Below are positions 19,066 through 27,707 of a DNA stretch of 64,000 bases, piece by piece. The DNA lies in NCBI GenBank assembly GCA_052146895.1, contig JBKQLZ010000006.1:8507-72506 (forward strand), in the 5' to 3' direction. The translations under genes and the position numbers were made by a program. This stretch comes from Acidimicrobiales bacterium (lineage in GTDB: Bacteria; Actinomycetota; Acidimicrobiia; Acidimicrobiales; Bog-793). Numbering within the stretch: the first letter of the stretch is position 1; each line of letters starts with the position of its first letter. Under the pieces are notes generated by a model that was given only the letters and a program-made list of their open reading frames with translations, had not been told where the DNA came from and searched no databases.

Positions 19066-19827
19066 CTAGCTCCGGACAGCCCCGCTCTGCGCATCGACGT
19101 CCCCGCTGTCGACGTCGCTGTGTGTCACGGAGAGATACGCAACCAGAGCAACGATCACGACGGTGAGCACGAGGCTTACCGGCCCGTTCCCGAAGTTGAG
19201 GCCGAGGGGGCGGGGCTTGTCCGCCCAGTCTGCGAACGATGCGCCGACAGGGCGAGTCAGGACGTACGCGATCCAGAAGGCAAGAATAGCGTTCAGGCGC
19301 AAGAGCCAGTAGGCGAGAGCCGGGAGAGCGAAGAGGCCGGCGAACATCACCCCGGACCAGAAGTAACCGAGGTGAAGAGTCGTCGCGGTCAAGTCGCCGG
19401 CTGCCGTCCCGAGCGCAAAGGCCGCCAGCACAGCCGCCCAGTAGAAGGCTTCCCGGCGTGGCGTGTAGATGCTGTGGATCGACAACGTCCTCTCGACTGC
19501 GTTCCACGCGACGAAGACGACAGCCAGCACTACGGCGAAGAACGCCGTCGACACGAAATAGGGGATTCCGAACTGCACGTGCAGGACGTCGGCGGACATG
19601 GTGCCAAAGACTGCGACCATCACAACCGCGAGCCAATAGATCCAAGGAACGTAGCGGTGCGCCGCGAACTGCAAGACGAGCGAGATAGCTAGCGCGATCC
19701 CTCCGAGCGCAACCGCCAGGGCCGGAGGGAACCGATGGACGAGGTAGTCCGAAGTCGCCTCGCCCATGGCGGTCGTCAGGACCTTGATGGTCCAGAAGTA
19801 GACAGTCAGCTGCGGTACTTTTCGCAC
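19066..19827 (-). CDS. Polytopic membrane protein with three internal repeats (COG4705-like, uncharacterised)
   Basis: Repeated motif FWTIKVLTTAMGEATSDYL / YWAAVLAAFALGTAAGDLT / FWIAYVLTRPVGASFADWA, about 8 TM segments. Confidence 0.65.
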   Translation of the reverse strand: MRKVPQLTVYFWTIKVLTTAMGEATSDYLVHRFPPALAVALGGIALAISLVLQFAAHRYVPWIYWLAVVMVAVFGTMSADVLHVQFGIPYFVSTAFFAVVLAVVFVAWNAVERTLSIHSIYTPRREAFYWAAVLAAFALGTAAGDLTATTLHLGYFWSGVMFAGLFALPALAYWLLRLNAILAFWIAYVLTRPVGASFADWADKPRPLGLNFGNGPVSLVLTVVIVALVAYLSVTHSDVDSGDVDAQSGAVRS

Positions 19828-19830
19828 GCT

Positions 19831-20331
19831 CTACTCGCCGTCGGGCGCCAGTCTCTCAGTGAATCGATGGATCTGCTGAGTGAGCTCGTGCACCTTCGTC
19901 GTGAGATCGGTATTCGACTGGAGCAGCTCGTCGATCTTCTTCGTCTCTTGGTAGTGGTGACTGGCGAGCATCTCGTCCCGGGTAGCCGCGCGGTTCTGGC
20001 TCATCATGATTATCGGAGCCTGCAGACCGGCGAGTGCCGACAGCACGAGGTTGAGCGCGATGTACGGATATGGGTCGAAGGCCCGGTGGTGCAAGACCTC
20101 GTGCAGCACGACCGTGTTGAACACGATCCAGAACGCCATGAGCCCGAGGAACAGGAAGATGAAGGGCCACGACCCACCGAAGCTCGCGACCCTGTCTGCC
20201 ACTCTCTCGCCCACGGTGCGCTCGTCGTGCGCTTCCTGCAGAGCGGGATGGTGGTGGCTGCGCGGATGAGCCCACGGAAACCAGCTGCTGCGATGCCAAT
20301 CCTTGCCCGTGACTCGTCCACTCTCTGTCAT
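19831..20331 (-). CDS. DUF1003-like membrane protein
   Basis: FGGSWPFIFLFLGLMAFWIVFN, DPYPYIALNLVLSALAGLQAPIIMMSQNR, C-terminal coiled coil. ATG 20331 chosen; upstream ORF part is filler. Confidence 0.7.
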   Translation of the reverse strand: MTESGRVTGKDWHRSSWFPWAHPRSHHHPALQEAHDERTVGERVADRVASFGGSWPFIFLFLGLMAFWIVFNTVVLHEVLHHRAFDPYPYIALNLVLSALAGLQAPIIMMSQNRAATRDEMLASHHYQETKKIDELLQSNTDLTTKVHELTQQIHRFTERLAPDGE

Positions 20332-20398
20332 CCGAAGTCTCCTCTCGCCGGGTTGAGCCCTAAGAGCATCGCGCCCGGACAGCCCGCAACTGATGTCT

Positions 20399-21007
20399 TC
20401 AGCGGCGCCCTCTTGCCGACTGGAACTCGCCCCTCGTCCCGTAGACGAGGCGCGCAGCCCACATCGGCAGCCTGTCCTTCGCGCGCCCAGCGATCTCCGA
20501 GGACGTCGTGCCCTGCGCGACAGCACGATCGAGTGCGAGAGCGGCGTCGTTGACGACTGCCGCCACGACGGCGTCGACGGAAACATTCTTGGCGGTGGCG
20601 GCCTCCGCAATCGAGCGGCCCTGCCGGAAGTCCCTGTGCAGCTCCGCCGCGCTCACGCCGATCAAGCCCGCAGCCACCTCGAAAGCCTGAGGGGCAAGTC
20701 CCCGGAGAAGTGGGCGAACAGGCCCCGGGGCGCCTGTGTAGTCGCGCCCTGCCCTGCCGGTGTCGCCAGCGCCCCTGTACCGCCCGCGTGCACGGGAGCT
20801 CGAGAGCAAGTAGGTGATCCGCAGCACCGCAGAAGCACCGATCAATCCACCGATGATCACGTCCCCCCGGAGAAGCAGGACGACGCTCAGGACAACGGCC
20901 AAAGTGACGATTGTCCAGCGAAGAGCCCTGAGCGAGCTGGTACGTCCTAGCACCGCCCTAACGGTAGTTCTGCCGGGCGACGAGCTCGGGGCAACCGCGT
21001 ACGGCAC
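20399..21007 (-). CDS. Hypothetical membrane protein
   Basis: Two N-terminal hydrophobic segments and a soluble Ala-rich C-terminal domain. No recognised motif. Confidence 0.45.
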   Translation of the reverse strand: MPYAVAPSSSPGRTTVRAVLGRTSSLRALRWTIVTLAVVLSVVLLLRGDVIIGGLIGASAVLRITYLLSSSRARGRYRGAGDTGRAGRDYTGAPGPVRPLLRGLAPQAFEVAAGLIGVSAAELHRDFRQGRSIAEAATAKNVSVDAVVAAVVNDAALALDRAVAQGTTSSEIAGRAKDRLPMWAARLVYGTRGEFQSARGRR

Positions 21008-21019
21008 GGCCCGTCTGAG

Positions 21020-21505
21020 CTACCAGAATCGGGCCTGGCCCGGGATGGTCTCGAGGTCCGCAAGGACGAGTTGGCGGTCCTCATCTTCAGCGATGCTCTC
21101 GACTGCCTCGAGGGCCTTCTCGGTCATCGCACGAGCGCCTTCGGTGTCGCCTGCGATTGCACATCCGCGAGCGAGGGCCTCGTAAGCGAATGCCAGGTCC
21201 CAGTCGGCGATCCCGTTCGCGACGCAGATGTCGAGCACTCGTTCGGCATGGTAGAGGCAGGGCTCGGGCCGACCGAGCAGGGCATATGCCCGAGAGCACT
21301 GCCATTCTCCGCGTGCGAAGTGCTCGGGCGATCCGACCTGGCCCCAGTGGTGGCGGGAAGCGTGAACCATGTGGAGCATGCGATCGTCGTCCTCGACACT
21401 GCGGTCTTGCCGATCCATCAGCTCCCAGGCCGAGTTGAACAGCGCGATCCCGATTCGGCGCTCGTCCTCGCTCGACAGCAGCTCGTCGGTCGATTCCTCC
21501 GTCAT
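21020..21505 (-). CDS. Hypothetical helical (TPR-like) protein, translationally coupled to the upstream GGDEF-EAL gene
   Basis: ATG 21505 overlaps the stop of the 21502-24078 gene (ATGA). Helical repeat composition; no catalytic motif seen. Confidence 0.6.
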   Translation of the reverse strand: MTEESTDELLSSEDERRIGIALFNSAWELMDRQDRSVEDDDRMLHMVHASRHHWGQVGSPEHFARGEWQCSRAYALLGRPEPCLYHAERVLDICVANGIADWDLAFAYEALARGCAIAGDTEGARAMTEKALEAVESIAEDEDRQLVLADLETIPGQARFW

Positions 21506-24078
21506 GACCGCCTCCCGTTCGCACCCTGGTGGCTCGCGCCCCACGCCGTCAGGTCATCTGCCCGCTGGGGCCGCGAGAATACGTATCCCTGCACGATCTT
21601 GCACCCGAGCTCAGCAACGACGTCGAGTTGCGCCTGGGTCTCGACGCCTTCGGCCACACACGTGAGGCCCATGGCCTTCGCGAGATCGACGACCGCACGC
21701 ACGATTGCCCGGCTCCGGGTGTGGTGAGCCGCACGCACGACGAAACTCTGATCGAGCTTCACCGTGTCCACCGGCAACTCCCGCAGATACCCGAGCGACG
21801 AGTACCCCGTGCCGAAGTCGTCGACAGCGAGACGCGAGCCGAGTTTGGCGAGGTCTCCGAGGCGATGGGCTGCCTCGATGGGGTCAGGCAGGATCCCTCG
21901 CTCGGTCACCTCGAACCCGAGCGTCTCAGCGTCGGCTCCCGTGAGGTCGATCACCTTGCGGATCTGGTCGACGAGGTCCCGCGATCCGAGCTGTGAGGGC
22001 GAGAGGTTCACCCAGACGACGATCCGATGAGCGCGGCCCTCGTTCCATTGCATGGCAACTTCGCAAGCCTGGGTCAACATGACTTCGAACACCTGCGAGA
22101 TCAGCCCTGCCTCTTCTGCGACGGGGATGAACGTCTCGGGCGAGATGGGCATGCCGCCAGACGAGCAACAGCGGGCCAACGCTTCAACCCCACTCACGAC
22201 AAGATCTGCGATCCGTACTTCCGGCTGGAACTCGGCCCACAGCTGTCCGGAGTCGAGCGCCTGCCGCAGGTCCCTCTCGACCGACACGCGCTCTTCGATC
22301 ACGTTGAGGAGTCGGTCGTCGAACGCCTCGACTCTCCCGCGGCCGCGCTCCTTCGCGTGGCACAGCGCCGCGTCCGCGTTGCGCACGAGTGCGTGCGGGT
22401 CCTCCGGGCGAGCCTCGGCAAAGGTGGCACCAGCGCTCGCTCCTATCGCGACCGTCTGGCCACGGATCTCATATGGCTCGGAGATGACGTCGAGCAAGGC
22501 GTGACCCGCGTCGACGAGCTCGCCGAGATTCCGGACGTCAGGCAGGAGGACGGTGAACTCGTCGCCCCCGAAACGCGCGACCACCGCCGGCTCCTGCACG
22601 TGCTCGACGAGACGCGCGGACACGGCGCGAAGCAACTCGTCGCCGAAGTCGTGACCGAGCGCATCGTTCACGAGCTTGAACCGATCAAGATCCACGAACA
22701 GCACGCCGAGACTGCCGTCTCCGTGAGCGAGCAGTCGCTCGGCGAAGTGCGCCCTGTTCGGCAGCTGCGTAAGTGGATCGTGGCTCGCGCGGAAGCGGAG
22801 GCCGCGAGTCTGCTCCTCCTGGTCGAGCGCAAGTGCGGCAAGTCGCGCAGCGACCGCTATCACCCTGATCTGGGCTTCTGACGGATCGCCCGGGATCCGG
22901 CGATACAGGTCGAGCGTGCCATGAGAACCGGAGCCCGCCATCGAGTTGACCGGCACCGACCAGCACGCTCGGTACCCGGCCTCGATGAGAGGAGCTCGAA
23001 TCTCCCCCCACGAGACGTTCTCCACGAGATCGCTCGTGAAGCGGGCGACGCCGAAGTGGGCTGTCGCTCCGCCGGCGGGTGACGTGGGCCCGATGGGAAG
23101 GCCCCGCAGGGCACTCGCCACGCCGGCTTCCAGGTGAGGAGCGACGAGCGGTGACAGGCTCTGGTGCTTCCGGTCTGCACGCATCAGGCAAGCGTGCGAG
23201 TCGGGGTCTCTCTGCTCGATCAGCCCCATCACGCCCTCGAGGACTTCCTCGAGTGGTGCTCCGTTGGCAAGCGTGTTGAGCACCCAGATCTGGTCACCCA
23301 GCACAGAGTGCTCGTCTGAGGGGTCGTGAGCCGCACGGATCACGAACGTGAGAGCCCCGATCTCCGGATCATGCAGGCGATTGTCGGGTTGCAGCTCGAA
23401 CAGGCGCGTCTCGCCCGTCCCGAGGTTCAGCCTCACAGGGAAGTACAGCGCTCGTCCGGGGCTGGACCGGACTGTCTCGAGCAGGGATGCGGATACCTCG
23501 ACCATCTCCGGTGGGACGAGATCGAGAACGGACGAGCCGAGCAGCGAGAGCGTCGAATGACCGAGCAATTCCTCGAATTCACGGCTGACCCACACGATCG
23601 AACTGGAATCGTCGAGGACCATCACTCCGATCGGGCGGCCCTCCGAATCGATCCGCAGCCGCTCCAATCGGGCGGAGAGCAGTTCCGCCACGGCGGCTGC
23701 TGCGTGTGCCAGCACCTCGCCGTCGGGATCGTTGCCGCGAAGCTCGCCTACGACGAGACCGTGGAGGACGACAGGGGCAGAGTGCGACTCGACTGCGTCA
23801 GGCTCGGGCGGCGAGTCTGGAGACTGCTCGGCGACGGACCGTGATCCTGCTACCAAGAGCCACAAGCTTCCATCGCGGATGAAGACGCCGACCGGTTCAT
23901 GAGTGGCCCGCGCTGCGAGGTCGGCTATGGCGTCGAGACCGGGGTCGGGACCGGGATCGAGGACACCAAGGGCGTGAAAGAACGCCCAGCGTGCGGGGGA
24001 TTCCCAGCACGCGTCAACCGCGGTCCCATCTGCCACCTTGCCCCCTTCCCTTGCCGGCGGCATCGGCTGCCAAAGCAT
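21502..24078 (-). CDS. Multidomain c-di-GMP signalling protein (N-terminal sensor/PAS/GAF-like regions, GGDEF, EAL)
   Basis: GGDEF: HDPLTQLPNR, DLDRFKLVNDALGHDFGD, RFGGDEF. EAL: QPEV, VEALAR, VNLS, EVTE, DDFGTGYSSL, KLDQSF, EGVET, QGY. Confidence 0.9.
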   Translation of the reverse strand: MLWQPMPPAREGGKVADGTAVDACWESPARWAFFHALGVLDPGPDPGLDAIADLAARATHEPVGVFIRDGSLWLLVAGSRSVAEQSPDSPPEPDAVESHSAPVVLHGLVVGELRGNDPDGEVLAHAAAAVAELLSARLERLRIDSEGRPIGVMVLDDSSSIVWVSREFEELLGHSTLSLLGSSVLDLVPPEMVEVSASLLETVRSSPGRALYFPVRLNLGTGETRLFELQPDNRLHDPEIGALTFVIRAAHDPSDEHSVLGDQIWVLNTLANGAPLEEVLEGVMGLIEQRDPDSHACLMRADRKHQSLSPLVAPHLEAGVASALRGLPIGPTSPAGGATAHFGVARFTSDLVENVSWGEIRAPLIEAGYRACWSVPVNSMAGSGSHGTLDLYRRIPGDPSEAQIRVIAVAARLAALALDQEEQTRGLRFRASHDPLTQLPNRAHFAERLLAHGDGSLGVLFVDLDRFKLVNDALGHDFGDELLRAVSARLVEHVQEPAVVARFGGDEFTVLLPDVRNLGELVDAGHALLDVISEPYEIRGQTVAIGASAGATFAEARPEDPHALVRNADAALCHAKERGRGRVEAFDDRLLNVIEERVSVERDLRQALDSGQLWAEFQPEVRIADLVVSGVEALARCCSSGGMPISPETFIPVAEEAGLISQVFEVMLTQACEVAMQWNEGRAHRIVVWVNLSPSQLGSRDLVDQIRKVIDLTGADAETLGFEVTERGILPDPIEAAHRLGDLAKLGSRLAVDDFGTGYSSLGYLRELPVDTVKLDQSFVVRAAHHTRSRAIVRAVVDLAKAMGLTCVAEGVETQAQLDVVAELGCKIVQGYVFSRPQRADDLTAWGASHQGANGRRS

Positions 24079-24303
24079 ACGACGGCTATCGATCTTGTAA
24101 CCGGTCCGTCATGAGCTCCAGTTGACTTGTCACGTGTCGCTCGTCAAGGATGGACCCTTCGTGGCACCGAGAGCTGCCACCTCAGAATCCGAGACGAGCA
24201 GGACTCGTCGGACTTCGGCAAATGGTCCGTTATCGCCTGGCCAGGCATGTGTCGGCTTGTGGCGATCAACCTGGGCACTGCCGTGTGGAGGCCAACCCAA
24301 CCA

Positions 24304-24807
24304 ATGCTTCAACCATGTCGCCGTGCCTTGGGGTCGCTCCTCGCCCTCACGCCAGCGCTTGCCGTCGCCACCTCGCTCGCTGGCGTGACCCCGGCACTCG
24401 CATCGACGCGGCCCGAGGCGAACAGCCACTGGACGACCTGCAACGACGACGCTGTCAAGTCAGCACCGAAGATCGTCTGGGAGCGGATCAAGGGTGCGAC
24501 CAGCGGCAGCAAGGGCATTCCCGCGAGCTTTTGGTCGAACAAGTCCTACAGGGGCGACATCGCGAAGATCGTCTGCTACGAGAGCACCTACGACTGGCAC
24601 GCAGTCGGCGCCGGGCAGTACGGCTGGTACCAGATGTCGCAGTCACTCATCGTCAACGAAGGCGTCACCTGGGACGACTACTGGGACGGCAGCAAGACTC
24701 AGGCTGCGGGCTGGTACCAGTGCGCCGCGGGCGAGCGCTACATCGTGGGCCGCTATAGCACGCCCGCCGCCGCCTGGAAGCACGAGAGGGATTACGGCTG
24801 GTATTGA
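24304..24807 (+). CDS. Secreted protein with lytic-transglycosylase-like motif
   Basis: Signal peptide LLALTPALAVATSLAGVTPALA|S. CYESTYDWHAVGAGQYGWYQMS resembles the E-S...G..Q motif of SLT-type muramidases. The longest ORF starts at 24127, but that N-terminus looks non-protein-like. Confidence 0.5.
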   Translation: MLQPCRRALGSLLALTPALAVATSLAGVTPALASTRPEANSHWTTCNDDAVKSAPKIVWERIKGATSGSKGIPASFWSNKSYRGDIAKIVCYESTYDWHAVGAGQYGWYQMSQSLIVNEGVTWDDYWDGSKTQAAGWYQCAAGERYIVGRYSTPAAAWKHERDYGWY

Positions 24808-24812
24808 GGCCG

Positions 24813-26042
24813 ATGCGCGAGACCGGAAGCGATCGAGGCGCACTCCTCGCGCAGCTGAGCGAGAGGCAGGCCCTCGAGCCGGACATCCATGGAGCGAAGC
24901 TTTTCGGCCTCGTCTACCCATCCGGTCGGCCCGACGTAGAAGAGCTGATCGAGACAGTCAACGCCCGGTACCTATTCGGCAACGCCCTGAACCCGTTCCG
25001 GTTCCCGGAGCTGGCTCAGATGGAACACGAGGTGGTCGACTCGGTCGCCTCCCTTCTCTCTCGCCCGGCAGGAGAGCAGCCGGCCGGAGCCATGACGTCC
25101 GGCGGTACCGAATCGATCCTCATGGCGATGCTCGCCCACCGCGAGCGGGCTCGGCGGCGCGGGATCGAGCGACCCGAGATCATCGTTCCGGCGTCGGCCC
25201 ATCCCGCTTATGCGAAAGCGGCGCACTACTTCGGCCTCGATCTCGTGCGTGTGCCGCTCGACGCGCAGTGGCGGGCGGACGCGAGCGCCGTTCGAGAGGC
25301 AATTACGGCGCGGACCGCGGTCGTGGTCGCGTCAGCCTTCTGTTATCCGTACGGCGTGATGGACCCGGTGGCGGAGATCGCCGATATTGCGGAGCAAGCC
25401 GGCGTGGGGTGCCACGTGGACGCGTGCATCGGCGCGTTCGTGCTCCCCTTCCTCGAGCGGCTCGGCCACGACGTGCCGAAGTTCGACTTCCGGGTGCCGG
25501 GCGTCACCACCATCTCGGCCGACGTGCACAAGTACGGCTACGTCCCGAAGGGCGCCTCGCTCGTGCTGCACAGGGCCGACGACTGGTTCGAGCTGCAGGG
25601 TTTCTTGTTCGACCAATGGGGAGCAGGGATCTACGGCTCCGCAGCGATCGCAGGCGCGCGACCGGCATCTCCCGTCGCGTGCAGCTGGGCCGTCATCAAC
25701 TACCTCGGGATCGAGGGTTACACCGAGATCGTGGCGGGGTTGATGGAAGTCGTGTCGAAGGTTCGGTCGGCCGTCGCCGAGATCGATGGGATCGAGCTCG
25801 TGGGTGACCCGATCGGCCCGGTGCTGGCTCTCCAGTCGGAGACTCTCGACCTCTACGCGGTTGCCGAGACGATGGAGCGCAGCGGTTGGTATCTCAACAA
25901 ACTCACGAGCCCGCGCGGCCTCCACCTCATGCTCTCGCCGGGCCACGCGGCCGTGGCCGACCAGCTCATCGCGGGTCTGATCGACGCCGTTCGCACTGCC
26001 GCCGACGCGCCGCCCCCGCAAGAGATCGTCAGGTACTCCTGA
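24813..26042 (+). CDS. PLP-dependent group II decarboxylase / sphingosine-1-phosphate-lyase-like enzyme
   Basis: SGGTESILMA, HVDACIGAF, TISADVHKYGYVPKGAS (PLP-lysine motif as in SPL/GAD enzymes). Confidence 0.8.
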   Translation: MRETGSDRGALLAQLSERQALEPDIHGAKLFGLVYPSGRPDVEELIETVNARYLFGNALNPFRFPELAQMEHEVVDSVASLLSRPAGEQPAGAMTSGGTESILMAMLAHRERARRRGIERPEIIVPASAHPAYAKAAHYFGLDLVRVPLDAQWRADASAVREAITARTAVVVASAFCYPYGVMDPVAEIADIAEQAGVGCHVDACIGAFVLPFLERLGHDVPKFDFRVPGVTTISADVHKYGYVPKGASLVLHRADDWFELQGFLFDQWGAGIYGSAAIAGARPASPVACSWAVINYLGIEGYTEIVAGLMEVVSKVRSAVAEIDGIELVGDPIGPVLALQSETLDLYAVAETMERSGWYLNKLTSPRGLHLMLSPGHAAVADQLIAGLIDAVRTAADAPPPQEIVRYS

Positions 26043-26075
26043 GGCCAGCCGACCGGTCGGCTCATCTGCTCTACC

Positions 26076-27707
26076 GTGTTGCACCTGATGCCGGCTCAAT
26101 GGAACTACGCAGACGTCTGGGAGCAGATCGCTGACCGCTTCGGCGACTCTCCCGCCCTTTTGCACGGCTCGACGACGCTCACCTGGCACGATCTCGACCG
26201 TCGTGCCGACGGGATCGCAGCTGTCCTGCTCGAGTCCGGCCTGCAGCGACAGGACAAGGTCGCTCAGTACTGCCGCAACCGTCCCGAGTACCTCGAGTCG
26301 ATGCTGGCGGCTTTCAAGGCGTCCCTCGTGCCAGTCAACACTAACTTCCGCTACGGCGACGAGGAGCTCGAGTACCTCTGGACAGACTCCGACACCGTTG
26401 CTGTCGTGTTCGACGCCGAGTTCACCGACACCTGTGACCGACTGCGTAAGACACTCCCAGCCATCAGGGCATGGATCCGCGTGTCCGAGCCGGGCGATGA
26501 CTGCCCTGACTGGGCGATCGCGTACCACGACGCGGCTGGGTCCGCCGCGGCCGACCACAGGACGAGGGCGCCCTGGGGGCGCTCCGGAGACGACCTGAAC
26601 CTGCTCTACACGGGCGGGACGACCGGCATGCCCAAAGGGGTCATGTGGCCCCAGCACGACTTCTTCCTGATGATCGAGCGCCAGTACGGCCGCATGCCGC
26701 CCGAGGAGGCCGATCTCGACGAATACCTCGGCCGGATCAACAAACCAGGTCCCCGCGTGCTCCCGGGCCCGCCCCTCATGCACGGCACTGCATGCTGGTT
26801 CGCGATGGCAGCGCTCTCGGCTGCGGGCTCGGTCGTCACCTTGACCAAGCCTCACTTCGACGCTGTCGAGCTCCTCGACACGGTTGTCGACCGGCAGGCC
26901 AAGGGTGTGTGCATCGTGGGCGACCCTTTCGCCAAGCCGATCCTCGCGGAGCTCGACGCCCATCCCGGTCGTTGGGATCTCGGGCACGTCCGGCTCATCA
27001 TGTCGTCGGGAGCGATGCTGTCGCGAGACAGCAAGGAGCGCTTGATCCGCCATGCGACGGGCGCCCGCGTCGTCGACGGCCTCGGCAGCTCGGAGTCAGG
27101 CTCGCTCGGAACTGCGGTCACGACGAGCCCTGACGAGGCAGCGACCGCCCGGTTCAAGCTCGGTGACAACGTGAGAGTCGTCGATGACAACGGTGAGGAC
27201 GTCGTGCCCGGCTCGGGCACATCAGGGCGCCTCGCAGTAGGCGGCCACCTACCTCTCGGCTACTACGGCGACCCCGAGAAGACGGCCTCGACGTTCGTCA
27301 CCATCGCCGGGCGTCGCTACGTCATCGCCGGCGACTGGGCGACGGTCGACCTGGACGGCACGATCACGCTCCTCGGCCGCGGCTCGGGCTGCATCAACAC
27401 GGCCGGGGAGAAGGTGTTCCCCGAAGAGGTCGAGGAGGTCCTGAAGCACGCGCTGGGCGTGCACGATGCATCGGTTGTGGGTGTGCCCGACGAGCGCTTC
27501 GGCGAGGCGGTCGTGGCGCTCGTGGAGTTGGATCCGGATTCGGCCTTCGACGAGCCGGCGCTCATCGCCCACTGCAAGTCACACCTGGCTTCGTACAAGG
27601 CGCCGAAGGCCGTAGTGCGCGTCCAGTCCGTCGCGCGCCACGCCAACGGCAAGATGGACTACCCCGCCATGAAAGAAGAGGCCCTCACTCGGCTCAAGCG
27701 GTCGTAG
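26076..27707 (+). CDS. AMP-dependent acyl-CoA synthetase/ligase (FadD-like)
   Basis: LLYTGGTTGMPKGVMW, GDWATVDLDGTITLLGRGSGCINTAGEKVFPEEVE, YKAPK. Confidence 0.9.
   Translation: MLHLMPAQWNYADVWEQIADRFGDSPALLHGSTTLTWHDLDRRADGIAAVLLESGLQRQDKVAQYCRNRPEYLESMLAAFKASLVPVNTNFRYGDEELEYLWTDSDTVAVVFDAEFTDTCDRLRKTLPAIRAWIRVSEPGDDCPDWAIAYHDAAGSAAADHRTRAPWGRSGDDLNLLYTGGTTGMPKGVMWPQHDFFLMIERQYGRMPPEEADLDEYLGRINKPGPRVLPGPPLMHGTACWFAMAALSAAGSVVTLTKPHFDAVELLDTVVDRQAKGVCIVGDPFAKPILAELDAHPGRWDLGHVRLIMSSGAMLSRDSKERLIRHATGARVVDGLGSSESGSLGTAVTTSPDEAATARFKLGDNVRVVDDNGEDVVPGSGTSGRLAVGGHLPLGYYGDPEKTASTFVTIAGRRYVIAGDWATVDLDGTITLLGRGSGCINTAGEKVFPEEVEEVLKHALGVHDASVVGVPDERFGEAVVALVELDPDSAFDEPALIAHCKSHLASYKAPKAVVRVQSVARHANGKMDYPAMKEEALTRLKRS

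Noticed and set aside
24494-25807. 437-aa Arg-rich ORF on the plus strand
   Set aside because: It is an alternate frame of the SLT-like and PLP-enzyme genes. It is extremely Arg/Gly/Ala/Pro-rich (RRRADRDSQRP...), so not a plausible protein.
25332-27053. 573-aa ORF on the minus strand
   Set aside because: It is antisense to the PLP decarboxylase and acyl-CoA ligase genes, both of which have clear catalytic motifs. Its composition is Arg/Val/Asp/Gly filler.
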